In this document: piece after piece, positions 28,122 through 37,767 of the stretch
Layout: every line of letters begins with the position of its first letter
Position numbering within the stretch: position 1 is the stretch's first letter
Assembly (NCBI GenBank): GCA_964491925.1
Contig: CAZBGZ010000004.1
Span: 23,529 to 87,528 of the forward strand
Direction: 5' to 3'
Origin: an uncultured Candidatus Saccharibacteria bacterium
GTDB lineage: Bacteria; Patescibacteriota; Saccharimonadia; Saccharimonadales; JAGQNJ01
Length of the DNA stretch: 64,000 nucleotides
The notes under the pieces: generated by a model
Database searches by the model: none
Told to the model about the DNA's origin: nothing
The model's input: only the letters and a program-made list of their open reading frames with translations
Program-made: the position numbers and the translations under genes

Positions 28122-29006
28122 CTACTCCTCTTGAAGGCGCTTCTCAAGGTACATACGCAACTTGGGGCCGATAGACGGGTGAATCAAACCCGTATCTACC
28201 AGTGCTTCTAGATATTTTAATTTTCCACCAGTGTCATGGTAAACACCATCAATATGTTTACAGTAAACATTATCTTTTTCTGCCAGTTCATTGATTCCCT
28301 CAGCAAGTTCTATTTCACCTCTAACGCTAACTTTTTCTTTTTCCAAGATAGGTAGTATATCTGGAGTTAACAGATATCCTCCTACAGAGGCGATTGTTGA
28401 TGGCGTTGCATCAACACCAGGTTTTTCAACTAATTTTTTGACTTGGTAGGTTCTATCGTCGAACTGTTCGCCTAGCTCGACCATGCCGTACTGGTCAGCG
28501 TCTGATCGTGGGACGTCAATAACAGATATGACTGATTTTCCGGTTTTATTATAGGTATCGAGTAATTGTTGCGCTCTTGGGACATCGGAACGAAAAAAGT
28601 CATCTGCGAAAAACACAAAGAAAGGCTCGTTATTTAAAAGGTGCGCTGCGTTCAGGACAGGCCGGGCATTGCCCCTCGGCTCACCTTTTTGTCGCAAATA
28701 AACGAAATTTGCCAGCTCTGCAATCGACTGAATTTCATCAGCTTTGTCGGCTTTGCCACTAGAACGTAGATCATCTTCGAGTTCTATCGCTCTGTCAAAA
28801 TGGTCCTCAATTGCCCGCTTCGTAGAACCCGTAACAATAATTATGTCGGTTACACCGGCAGCCACTGCCTCTTCGACAATTAACTGAATTACCGGTTTGT
28901 CTATGATTGGCAGCATTTCTTTTGGCATAGCTTTTGTCTGTGGCAAAAACCGCGTTCCAAGTCCTGCTGCTGCTATGACTGCTTTCCTTACTGGCCTAAT
29001 ATCCAT
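28122..29006 (-). CDS. galU: UTP--glucose-1-phosphate uridylyltransferase
   Basis: VRKAVIAAAGLGTRFLPQTKAMPKEMLPIIDKPVIQ. The ORF track starts at TTG 29030; ATG 29006 (MDIRPV...) is more likely. Confidence 0.9.
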   Translation of the reverse strand: MDIRPVRKAVIAAAGLGTRFLPQTKAMPKEMLPIIDKPVIQLIVEEAVAAGVTDIIIVTGSTKRAIEDHFDRAIELEDDLRSSGKADKADEIQSIAELANFVYLRQKGEPRGNARPVLNAAHLLNNEPFFVFFADDFFRSDVPRAQQLLDTYNKTGKSVISVIDVPRSDADQYGMVELGEQFDDRTYQVKKLVEKPGVDATPSTIASVGGYLLTPDILPILEKEKVSVRGEIELAEGINELAEKDNVYCKHIDGVYHDTGGKLKYLEALVDTGLIHPSIGPKLRMYLEKRLQEE

Positions 29007-29019
29007 ACTTACAAGTGTA

Positions 29020-30480
29020 TCAAAGCCCAAGCTGTTTTTTGATAAGTTTTTGGGCTAGGCCAGGGTTGGCCTTACCTTTTGACTCTTTCATTATTTGACC
29101 AATTAAAAATCCGATGGCTTTCATCTCGCCGTTTTTAACATCTTCACTTGCCTTAGGATTGTTAGCAATAACCTCGCTGACAATTTTTTCAATTTCAGCT
29201 TCATCAGAGACTTGGAGTAAATCACGTTCTTTGGCGACAACCATAGGATCACCTCCATGCTCTACTAATACGCCAGTAACAACTTTTGCGTTGGTAGAAC
29301 TAATCTTAGAGGAGCAGACTAAGCTACTCAGTTGCTGAAACGCTGAAACATCCAGAATCGCGTCTTCCCACGACACTTTTTCTTCAGCAACTAAAGCTTG
29401 AACGTCTGATGCCAGCCAGTTTGCGATTCGTTTAGAGTCTTCGGCTGAGCATTCGTCAAGGATCAAGTGCATAAATGTGCCGGCTGGCATTTCGTCTACA
29501 AGTGTTTCAATGACCGAATCATCAAGACCTAAATGCGCCATTTTATCTCGAAGAACAGCCGGCATGACAGGCATAGAATCTTTGATGTTGCTGATATATT
29601 TGTCATCAAGAACCACTGGTGGAATATCTGGATCAGGGAAATATCGATAATCATGAGCGTCTTCTTTTGACCTCTGTGAGAAAGTTTTTTGCTTGGCATC
29701 ATCCCAACCTCGTGTTTCTTGAACAACTTCACTGCCCTTTTCTAGTAGTTCTATTTGGCGTTTAATTTCGAATTCAACAGTTTTTTCAACACTTCTGAAA
29801 GAGTTGAGGTTTTTTGTCTCACTTCTTGTGCCAAGTTTCTTTGGATCTTTACTGATGCTTACATTAACGTCAAAACGCATGTTCCCGTAAAACAAATTAG
29901 CGTAAGAAACATCAGCGTAACGCATCAACAAGTACAACTCGTGGGCATAGGCTTTGGCTTCTTTGGCTGAATGTATGTCAGGCTCTGAGACGATCTCTAG
30001 TAGTGGCGTACCAGCCCTGTTTAGATCGACAAGACTATACTCTGCTGCGCTGGGGTGAGTTGATTTTCCGGCATCTGCCTCTAGATGAGCTCTGGTGATC
30101 CCGATTTTCTTAGGTTTACCGTCTACGGTAATGTCTACATGGCCACCAATAACAATCGGTTCATCAAACTGAGTTATCTGATAACCATTGGGCAAGTCAG
30201 GGTAAAAATAGTGTTTACGATCGAACTTGCTGAACTTTGAGGGAACAGTATTCAATGCGAAAGCTGCTTTCGAAGCGAGTTCTACGGCTTTTTCATTAAG
30301 TACAGGAAGTGCGCCTGGCATTCCCAGACATATATGGCTTATCAAGCTGTTGGGTTCGGCTGAACGCGCATCATTATCAACACCAGCAAATAGTTTTGTC
30401 AATGTTTTTAACTGTACATGGCATTCGATACCAACGGTTGGCAGATATCCTTCAACAATATACTCTTTCAGATCTAACAT
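29020..30480 (-). CDS. gatB: Asp/Glu-tRNA amidotransferase subunit B
   Basis: GatB core plus YqeY-like tail. Start at ATG 30480 (MLDLKEY...), 1 nt after the stop of the preceding ORF. Confidence 0.93.
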   Translation of the reverse strand: MLDLKEYIVEGYLPTVGIECHVQLKTLTKLFAGVDNDARSAEPNSLISHICLGMPGALPVLNEKAVELASKAAFALNTVPSKFSKFDRKHYFYPDLPNGYQITQFDEPIVIGGHVDITVDGKPKKIGITRAHLEADAGKSTHPSAAEYSLVDLNRAGTPLLEIVSEPDIHSAKEAKAYAHELYLLMRYADVSYANLFYGNMRFDVNVSISKDPKKLGTRSETKNLNSFRSVEKTVEFEIKRQIELLEKGSEVVQETRGWDDAKQKTFSQRSKEDAHDYRYFPDPDIPPVVLDDKYISNIKDSMPVMPAVLRDKMAHLGLDDSVIETLVDEMPAGTFMHLILDECSAEDSKRIANWLASDVQALVAEEKVSWEDAILDVSAFQQLSSLVCSSKISSTNAKVVTGVLVEHGGDPMVVAKERDLLQVSDEAEIEKIVSEVIANNPKASEDVKNGEMKAIGFLIGQIMKESKGKANPGLAQKLIKKQLGL

Positions 30481-30481
30481 A

Positions 30482-30901
30482 TTACAGCGCCTCAAGATCT
30501 TTTAGGGCCTGGCAAAATGCTAGTAGAGCGGTCTTTACTTCTTTTTCTTTAAGTTTAACAGTTGGGTCTTCTTGCAACTTTTTCTTTAGTTTGTGGGCAG
30601 ACCACAGGCCGTCGTTATCAGTAAAAGTCCGCTGTGCGCTAACTATTCGAGCGCCCGTACTCTTCCCCTTGAAACCTTTTTTTATAAGCGCTTTGTCTAG
30701 CAGTTTATCGGCCGATAATATGGCTTCAGGCCATGTTTCTTTTGACTTGCAAAGTTTTTGCAAATCTCGCCAGCGAGTACGGTAGCTTTTTTTCTTTGGT
30801 TTCAAATGCGCACGACGAAGGACGAACTTTACCAAAATTGCAAGCATAGTCACAAAAACTATACCCAGCCCGATTAGAGCGATTATATATTCGGTGCTCA
30901 T
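30482..30901 (-). CDS. hypothetical single-pass membrane protein inserted between gatA and gatB
   Basis: Start ATG 30901 (MSTEYIIALIGLGIVFVTMLAILV...) forms an ATGA overlap with the gatA stop (tcat at 30898-30901). Basic cytoplasmic helical domain. Confidence 0.6.
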   Translation of the reverse strand: MSTEYIIALIGLGIVFVTMLAILVKFVLRRAHLKPKKKSYRTRWRDLQKLCKSKETWPEAILSADKLLDKALIKKGFKGKSTGARIVSAQRTFTDNDGLWSAHKLKKKLQEDPTVKLKEKEVKTALLAFCQALKDLEAL

Positions 30902-32319
30902 TTTGCTAACGCCTCTACTTCTGTTGCAATACCCAGTAACTCGCGGTCCGCGCACTGCGGCGCCATCAACTGAACTCCGACTGGCATGTCGTTAGCTTTT
31001 CCGATTGGGATACTGATAGCTGGAATGCCGACTAGGCTAGGGCTAACGGTCATAACATCGTTAAGATACATTTTCAGTGGGTCGCTGATGTTTTCACCAA
31101 TTTTGAAAGCTACTGTTGGGGCAACTGGACTAATCATGAAATCTACCACTTTGAAAGCCTCTTCAAATTCGTTAATTAGTTTTGTGCGAACTGTTTGGCC
31201 TTTTTTGTAGTATGCATCGTAATAACCACTGCTAAGTACATACGTTCCTATCATTATTCGCCTTTTTGCTTCCCTTCCAAATCCGTTGCTACGAGACAAT
31301 TCGTAGCTGTCATCCAGATTTCTTGCGTTAGTATCACTATATCCGAAACGCTGTCCATCATATCTGGATAGGTTACTGCTTACTTCTGCTGGGCAAACAA
31401 TGTAATAAGCCGCTAGCGCCAATGGCAATGACGGCAAACTGATTTCAATTATTTTTGCTCCCTTGTCTTTCAGTTTTTTGATTGTTGCATTGACTGCTTT
31501 TTCTACCTCAGGGTCAAGACCTTCTCCGAAACATTCCTTCATAAGGCCTATTTTTTTTCCGGCTATATCTAGAGTATTTTCTGTGTAAGGAGTATGGTCA
31601 CGCTCAACCGTTGTGCTATCCAATGAATCTTTGCCCGACATTATATCCAATACTAGTGCACTATCCTCTACAGTACAGGTCAAAGGACCAATTACATCGG
31701 TACTGCTAGCCATAGCAACAACGCCGCTGCGCGAAACTAGGCCATATGTGGGTTTTAGGCCAACTACCCCACAAAAGCTAGCAGGCAAGCGAATAGAGCC
31801 TCCTGTATCTGTCCCTAAAGCGAAAGGTACTATACCAAGTGCTACTGCTGCTGCAGCGCCTCCAGAAGAACCGCCTGGGACTCGTGTTTTATCATGTGGG
31901 TTTTTGGTTACAAAAAAATCACTATTTTCCGTTGAAGAGCCATGAGCAAAAGCATCCATATTTGCCTTTGCTATGCAAATTGCGCCTTCAGCCTCTAGGC
32001 GTTCGATCGCGGTTGCTTGATACGGCGCTTTGAAGCCTTTTAATATGTTACTGGCCGCAGTAGTCTCGCCGCCAAAAGTCAAAAAGTTATCCTTGGCAAT
32101 AAACGGGACGCCGGCTAATCTTCCGCCCGGTTTGCCTTTTTTTACTAAATCGTCAATTTCCTTTGCTCTGTGCAAGGCACGTTCTTTTGTGGTCGAGATT
32201 GTTGTTTGGAAATCTTTATTTTTTTCTAATTCCTTATAGGCATTTTCAACTAGCGCAACAGCAGTCACGGATTGATCCTGTACATCCTTTGCAATATCAA
32301 CAAGCGGGGACCATTTCAT
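30898..32319 (-). CDS. gatA: Asp/Glu-tRNA amidotransferase subunit A
   Basis: 473 aa. Amidase signature GGSSGGAAAAVA and surrounding Ser-cisSer-Lys region. Confidence 0.94.
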   Translation of the reverse strand: MKWSPLVDIAKDVQDQSVTAVALVENAYKELEKNKDFQTTISTTKERALHRAKEIDDLVKKGKPGGRLAGVPFIAKDNFLTFGGETTAASNILKGFKAPYQATAIERLEAEGAICIAKANMDAFAHGSSTENSDFFVTKNPHDKTRVPGGSSGGAAAAVALGIVPFALGTDTGGSIRLPASFCGVVGLKPTYGLVSRSGVVAMASSTDVIGPLTCTVEDSALVLDIMSGKDSLDSTTVERDHTPYTENTLDIAGKKIGLMKECFGEGLDPEVEKAVNATIKKLKDKGAKIIEISLPSLPLALAAYYIVCPAEVSSNLSRYDGQRFGYSDTNARNLDDSYELSRSNGFGREAKRRIMIGTYVLSSGYYDAYYKKGQTVRTKLINEFEEAFKVVDFMISPVAPTVAFKIGENISDPLKMYLNDVMTVSPSLVGIPAISIPIGKANDMPVGVQLMAPQCADRELLGIATEVEALAK

Positions 32320-32324
32320 GATAT

Positions 32325-32618
32325 CTACCCTAAAACCCGTTTTACTCTAAACTGTTTCTTTTCAACCGCTGGTGCATTATTGAGCAATTCAGCCGGTTTT
32401 GCCTGATATTTTATATCTTCATCTGGCCGCATCACGTTTACCAGTCCCGTAACCTGCGTAGTTGGCTTTAGGCCCTTAGTGTCAACTTTGCCTAGCTGTT
32501 CTACGTACTCTAGAATCTCGGAAATTTCCGAACCAAATTGGTCTATCTCTTCGTCAGTTAGACGTAGTCTGGATAGTTTTGCCAATTTTAATACTTCTTC
32601 TCGCGAAAGTTTTGCCAT
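32325..32618 (-). CDS. gatC: Asp/Glu-tRNA amidotransferase subunit C
   Basis: MAKLSREEVLKLAKLSRLRLTDEEI... The ORF track starts at TTG 32627; ATG 32618 preferred. Confidence 0.88.
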   Translation of the reverse strand: MAKLSREEVLKLAKLSRLRLTDEEIDQFGSEISEILEYVEQLGKVDTKGLKPTTQVTGLVNVMRPDEDIKYQAKPAELLNNAPAVEKKQFRVKRVLG

Positions 32619-32672
32619 CTGTATCAACTAGTATATCAAATATATGTCGTGAATCAGGCCAAAATTAACTAA

Positions 32673-32700
32673 TTGCATATTGTGATGCTAGGCGTACAAT
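32673..32700 (+). promoter_or_regulatory. promoter TTGCAT-16-TACAAT for the hydrolase locus
   Basis: TTGCAT 32673-32678, TACAAT 32695-32700. AAGGAG Shine-Dalgarno at 32721-32726 before ATG 32731. Confidence 0.45.
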
Positions 32701-32730
32701 TAATATTAAGCGCAAGCAAAAAGGAGCAGA

Positions 32731-33783
32731 ATGGCTTTAGCAGTCGCAGAGGCACCCGAACTTTCATCTCAAGGCGGTCCAGGCGGACCCCACTTAACGA
32801 TTTTAAGAGACCCATATGAACCTTCGCCAGAAACTAGCGAAGGTTTTTTTATTACTGGTGATGCGGAACCAAAAATCAAACCAGATCTCATACACGGGGT
32901 CGTCCAAGTTGGCGATGGTACTACGTAATATTCTTACCAGCCTGCTGGTACAGAAAACCCCCTTCCCGGGATTATTGTGGGTGTTGTTCCAGGTTTCGGG
33001 GCAAAGAAATTTACATCAAGAGTATTAAGAGACGCATTTGAAGATAGAGGTATCCCTTCTTTTACATATGAACCGATACGAAAAGACGGCAAAGGAGCAA
33101 AAGAGCATTGGAATAATCCACAGCTGACACACGAAGAAACTATCAGTGCTATCGTTGTAGACCTAGCCAATCACGTTGAAATAAACTTCACAGATACTGA
33201 GCCTCCGGATAAAAGTTCATCAGCTACCAAAAAAGAAATTGAAGTGGTAAAAAATAAGCTTCTATTATTGCCCCACTCTATGGGTGGGCCTGCCGCCGCG
33301 CGCTATGCAGAGCATAGACCGCAAACCGTTGATTCAGTATTATTCTTGGAATGCATCGGTTTCGGATCACCTACCTTACTTCAACTTGCAAAAAACGTCC
33401 CTAGAAAATTAATCGGTTCCATAAAAAACGAGTTTTATCCTTTTTTACGAAGCGGGAACATCGATATTGATCCAAGGTATGTCCTAGGAATGCTTGATTA
33501 TTATTTTTCTGTACCTACTCGTACTGCAGGCGAAATAAAGTCGTGTCTTACCGAGAATATAATAGATCTTGTAATTAATTTGGGCCATGCCGGTATCCAA
33601 ACAGCGTATGCAGATGGCGAACACGATATACTTGTCGCCGTAACCGAAGATGCAACCGATGGCATTGTTCACTTGAGACAAAAAATAAAAGGAATTGGCC
33701 ATCTAGGTCCCCAGGCAAAGCCTAATCGAGTTGTAAGTTGGGTCATTGATACCCATAAAGAACTGAATGGTTTGACGGCTTAA
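32731..33783 (+). pseudogene. alpha/beta-fold hydrolase split by a single in-frame TAA (32926-32928); alternatively a 65-aa ORF plus a GTG-started 268-aa hydrolase
   Basis: 32731 and 32977 are in the same frame. The read-through text ...VQVGDGTT*YSYQPAGTENPLPGIIVGVVPGFG continues the hydrolase N-terminal strands. Nucleophile elbow HSMGG. No Shine-Dalgarno before GTG 32977. Confidence 0.45.
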
Positions 33784-35738
33784 ATTTTGGATTTTATTTC
33801 AGCAATTAGGTCACGAAGTTCGGCAGCTTTTTCGAATTCTAGATTGGCACTCGCTAGATCCATCTGACCCGTCAGATCACGAACCATTGATCCATATTCT
33901 TCTTTCGGTATCTTTTTTAGGTTAAGCTTTTTAGGAGTTCTTTCTTCTTCTGATCGCATGCTAGTAGCAATTGCATTAGAAATGCTTTCGGGAGTTATCC
34001 CGTGCTTTTCGTTATAAGCAGTCTGAATTTTTCGCCGACGGTTAGTCTCGTCAATAGCGCGTTTCATGCTACCTGTAACATTGTTGGCGTACATGATTAC
34101 TCGACCATCAACGTGACGAGCAGCACGTCCGACAGTCTGAATTAATGCTTGCTCACTTCTCAAAAAACCTTCTTTGTCAGCGTCTAAAATCGCAACAAGG
34201 CTAACTTCTGGTAAATCTAGCCCTTCCCTGAGCAGGTTGATACCTACAACTACGTCATAAGTTCCCAGACGCAAATCACGTAAAATATCTGTTCGCTCCA
34301 ATGTATCGACATCACTATGCAGGTAAGTGACTTTAATATTGATTTCTTTCAGATAGTCGGTCAAGTCTTCGGCCATTCGTTTTGTGAGCGTCGTCACAAG
34401 TACTCTGTGGTGTTTTTCGATGGTTTCCCTGATTTCGTTTATCAAATCATCTATTTGCCCATCGACCGGACGAACATCAATGGGAGGGTCTATTAGGAAT
34501 GTTGGACGAATCACCTGCTGAACAGGATCTGGGCTGCGGCTAAGCTCGTATTCAGCCGGCGTGGCACTGACATATACAACCTTATTGACGTGTCTTTCAA
34601 ATTCACTAAAAGTTAGCGGCCGATTATCCAGTGCACTAGGCAACCTAAAACCATGCTCTACCAGCACTTCTTTCCTGGCCCTATCCCCGTTATACATTCC
34701 TCGGACCTGTGGCAATGTCATATGTGATTCGTCGATAAACATCAAAAAGTCATCAGGAAAATAATCTAGTAGTGTCGCAGGCTGGTCACCTTCTTCACGG
34801 TTAGTTAGGTATCGACTGTAGTTTTCGATACCTTTTACAAAACCTGTCTCTTCCATCATTTCTAGGTCAAAATTCGTTCGCTGCTCAAGTCGCTGAGCCT
34901 CTAAGAGTAAGCCGTTTTTTTTGAAGTACTTCAAGCGCTCTTGTAGCTCTGTTCGAATTTTGCCCATTGCCATTTTTAGCTTTGTCTCAGGCGTAACATA
35001 GTGGCTACTAGGAAAAATTTTTAGCTCTGATAACTTATCTATTATCTCACCTGTTAATGGATCTAGTTTTAAAATTCTCTCAACCTCGTCACCAAAAAAT
35101 TCTACACGGTAGCCAATCTCTTCACTCGCGGGGAAAATGTCAACAACATCACCGCGAACGCGAAATGTACCACGATGAAAATCTATATCATTTCGCTCAT
35201 ACTGTATGTCATTTAATTGACGCAAAAACTTGTCGCGTACGCGGCGTTCGCCTTTTTTAACAGTTACCGCCAGACTTCCGTAATCATCTACGGAGCCAAT
35301 GCCGTAAATACAGCTCACGCTAGCGACAATCAACACATCACGGCGGGTTAATAGAGAATCCGTAGCAGCGTGACGCAATCTATCTATTTCTTCATTTATT
35401 TGGCTGTCTTTTTCTATATATGTGTCACTGCGAGCAATGTAGGCCTCTGGCTGGTAGTAATCAAAGTAGCTCACAAAATAATGAACGGCGTTATTGGGAA
35501 AAAAGTTCTTGAACTCATTATATAGCTGTGCAGCCAGTGTTTTGTTATGGCACAAAACAAGTGTTGGCTTTTGCACCTGTTGCACAACATTTGCCATAGT
35601 AAAAGTCTTACCAGAACCAGTAACGCCCAACAGCGTTTGTTCTTTGGAATTTTTACTGAGCCCGTCAACTAAAGAGGTAATAGCCGCAGGCTGATCTCCT
35701 GTAGGTTTATACTTTGACTGTAGATTAAACTTACTCAC
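33780..35738 (-). CDS. uvrB: excinuclease ABC subunit B
   Basis: 652 aa. GVTGSGKT Walker A, helicase motifs, C-terminal UVR domain ([11 protein letters not shown]). GTG start. Confidence 0.95.
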   Translation of the reverse strand: MSKFNLQSKYKPTGDQPAAITSLVDGLSKNSKEQTLLGVTGSGKTFTMANVVQQVQKPTLVLCHNKTLAAQLYNEFKNFFPNNAVHYFVSYFDYYQPEAYIARSDTYIEKDSQINEEIDRLRHAATDSLLTRRDVLIVASVSCIYGIGSVDDYGSLAVTVKKGERRVRDKFLRQLNDIQYERNDIDFHRGTFRVRGDVVDIFPASEEIGYRVEFFGDEVERILKLDPLTGEIIDKLSELKIFPSSHYVTPETKLKMAMGKIRTELQERLKYFKKNGLLLEAQRLEQRTNFDLEMMEETGFVKGIENYSRYLTNREEGDQPATLLDYFPDDFLMFIDESHMTLPQVRGMYNGDRARKEVLVEHGFRLPSALDNRPLTFSEFERHVNKVVYVSATPAEYELSRSPDPVQQVIRPTFLIDPPIDVRPVDGQIDDLINEIRETIEKHHRVLVTTLTKRMAEDLTDYLKEINIKVTYLHSDVDTLERTDILRDLRLGTYDVVVGINLLREGLDLPEVSLVAILDADKEGFLRSEQALIQTVGRAARHVDGRVIMYANNVTGSMKRAIDETNRRRKIQTAYNEKHGITPESISNAIATSMRSEEERTPKKLNLKKIPKEEYGSMVRDLTGQMDLASANLEFEKAAELRDLIAEIKSKI

Positions 35739-35761
35739 TAGCCTATTGTAGCAATAAGTTA

Positions 35762-36430
35762 CTACTGTATTTGTATGCTACTGAGAATTTTCTCTACTTC
35801 TTTGTGGTAGTCGGTTTGATTCGGGCCAAATGAGTAGATTAGACCAAGTCGGCCTTTTTTGTTGCCAACATAGTATTCGTATTGTTTACCACCAGCAGGT
35901 ACGCCTATGCCCTGAGGCTCCTCAGTTACTTCTAGATAGTATTTATCGATAGTAAGGCCGGCTTTCGTAGTTCCACTTAACTGCTTTTTCCCCTGGGGAG
36001 CCTGCCATGGCTCTGATAGTTCCTTGGCCGTCGAATAAGAAATTGATAGGCCTGTGTTAAAGTCTCTGCCGCCAGTTACCTCTTCAACGACCGCACGGGT
36101 GCCTGGTTTAATTTCAAGTTTGTTATCCAGCTGGAAAATGCTTGGGTACTTCATATACCTAGTAAAACTCCAACCGTCAGCCAACTTAATTTTGAACTCG
36201 CCCCCCGGTGATTCGTACAGTAGCCAATTCGTCGTCTCATCCTTAACAACAGGGACTGTTTCTGCTTTTTTCTCGATTTTTCCAGAAGTGTCACCTGACG
36301 GTTGGCTAGTTTCGTCGTTTTTCTGGGCTTGGTTGTATACGTAGTAGCCAATACCACCGACCAACCCAATAAGGAGTATTACCAATAAAACCTCAACTAT
36401 TCCGAAGCCCTTTTGATTTAGTTTTTTCAC
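35762..36430 (-). CDS. type IV pilin-like protein (prepilin-type N-terminus)
   Basis: 222 aa. [34 protein letters not shown]: Gly(-1), Phe(+1), Glu(+5) class III signal. GTG start with GGGAG Shine-Dalgarno. No Cys. Confidence 0.85.
   Translation of the reverse strand: MKKLNQKGFGIVEVLLVILLIGLVGGIGYYVYNQAQKNDETSQPSGDTSGKIEKKAETVPVVKDETTNWLLYESPGGEFKIKLADGWSFTRYMKYPSIFQLDNKLEIKPGTRAVVEEVTGGRDFNTGLSISYSTAKELSEPWQAPQGKKQLSGTTKAGLTIDKYYLEVTEEPQGIGVPAGGKQYEYYVGNKKGRLGLIYSFGPNQTDYHKEVEKILSSIQIQ
36326..36430 (-). repeat. pilin N-terminal coding repeat (copy 1; copy 2 at 36949-37053)
   Basis: About 105 nt encoding the same ~35 aa in both genes. The DNA differs mostly at synonymous positions. Confidence 0.7.
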
Positions 36431-36441
36431 CGTTTACTCCC

Positions 36442-37053
36442 TTATTTTGGTGCTCTTGAACTGTTGTCAGTATCGTAGCAATCTTTAATCAAGCCGCTTG
36501 GGTAACCTTTACCATCAACCTCTGAACATATAGGCCCCATTTGCGTATGGACATCTACGACCCACGCACTGCCAGTTTTGTGAAGATAGGTCGCAGAACC
36601 AGAACCATAGCTGTCGCGGGGAGTGCCTGACTTTATGCAGCCTGCGTTAATATAAGCGTGGTCACCAACCTGTCGATAATTCTTCCCATCTGTAAAAGTC
36701 ACTTGGTTTATCACTACATTAGTATCTGGAGCCTTGCAGACAGATTTATGGATAGCTTCAAGAACTCCTTTTTGATCATCAGTTTTTGCTATTTGGTCAG
36801 GCGTAACTTCTTTGATTGAATCATCAGCTTGAATTACATTAACGTATGCATTTTCGGTACCGGATACGTTATCTACTTCAGCGACCTGTTTATTACTATA
36901 TCCTGTGTTGACACTGCTCTGTGGCGCATTTGAAGTGTCGTTTTTTAGTGCTTGATTGTAAACATAATAGCCGATACCGCCTACCAGCCCAATCAGGAGA
37001 ATTACTAGTAATATTTCGACAATTCCGAAGCCTTTTTGGTTAAGTTTTTTCAT
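36442..37053 (-). CDS. type IV pilin-like protein, paralog with four Cys
   Basis: 203 aa. N-terminal ~36 aa nearly identical to the neighbouring pilin. The divergent globular part has 4 Cys (VCKAPD, AGCIKSG, PICSEVD, KDCYDTD). Confidence 0.85.
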   Translation of the reverse strand: MKKLNQKGFGIVEILLVILLIGLVGGIGYYVYNQALKNDTSNAPQSSVNTGYSNKQVAEVDNVSGTENAYVNVIQADDSIKEVTPDQIAKTDDQKGVLEAIHKSVCKAPDTNVVINQVTFTDGKNYRQVGDHAYINAGCIKSGTPRDSYGSGSATYLHKTGSAWVVDVHTQMGPICSEVDGKGYPSGLIKDCYDTDNSSRAPK

Positions 37054-37110
37054 TTTTTATCCTTGTTTACGGTTATGCTTATATTAATGTACAGGGTATA
37101 TAAAGTCTAG

Positions 37111-37767
37111 CTAATGCTTTTTATCTTTTTTAAGGTACCAAAAATTATCTTGTAGCATAAATTGTTTTCTAACATCTTCGTTTTCTTTTTTCAAAATTTC
37201 TTCAAGTTTTTCAACCAACTTTGTCGGATTAGAGTCATAAACCACGAGACTTCTGGCAGGTGGTTCTAGAACTTCCATTAGTTTTGGTATCAAATCCGCA
37301 GCACCACCACTACCAATCAGAATCCCACAGGGTTTACCCGTTTCTAAGGCAGACGTGAACTCGTGTAAACTACCGAAGCGTCCGCCAATGGTTATTACTG
37401 CGTCACTCGACTGAATCAAATACAAATCCCTGCCAGCATACTCCATACCGGTGAAGTTGATAAAGTCGTAATTTTCAAAAGGTAATCGATATTTTCTTAG
37501 ATGTTCCCTTAGGCTGCCTGCAGGGGAAAACCCTATGCTGGTTCCTCCGGCAATTCGAGCTCCATGAGCAGCTCTGTCTGGCAATCCGTTCGTAGAACCG
37601 GTAGTTAAAATATGCCCCCTCTTTGCAACCTCTGCCCCAACTTTTTCCGCCAAATCGCCATCTTCACCAACTGTTTTTCCACCAGCAGCACCAGAAACAC
37701 ATATGGTAAAACGCAGTTCTATGACTGTTTTGTTTCCATCTTTTTTCTCTTGGAATAAATAATTCAT
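37111..37767 (-). CDS. LOG/TIGR00725-like Rossmann-fold protein (lysine-decarboxylase-like / SLOG superfamily)
   Basis: 218 aa. VSGAAGG...HILTTGSTNGLPDRAAHGA...AVITIGGRFGSLHEF (compare LOG GGxGTxxE). ATGA overlap with the upstream ORF (tcat 37764-37767). Confidence 0.65.
   Translation of the reverse strand: MNYLFQEKKDGNKTVIELRFTICVSGAAGGKTVGEDGDLAEKVGAEVAKRGHILTTGSTNGLPDRAAHGARIAGGTSIGFSPAGSLREHLRKYRLPFENYDFINFTGMEYAGRDLYLIQSSDAVITIGGRFGSLHEFTSALETGKPCGILIGSGGAADLIPKLMEVLEPPARSLVVYDSNPTKLVEKLEEILKKENEDVRKQFMLQDNFWYLKKDKKH

Noticed and set aside
32926-32928. Stop-codon reassignment of TAA, suggested by two in-frame TAA cases at 32926 and 15876.
   Set aside because: TAA clearly terminates well-supported genes here, for example the methyltransferase at 101-103 and pepN at 15705-15707. 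No bacterial code I know reassigns TAA. A nonsense mutation or sequencing error is more parsimonious.
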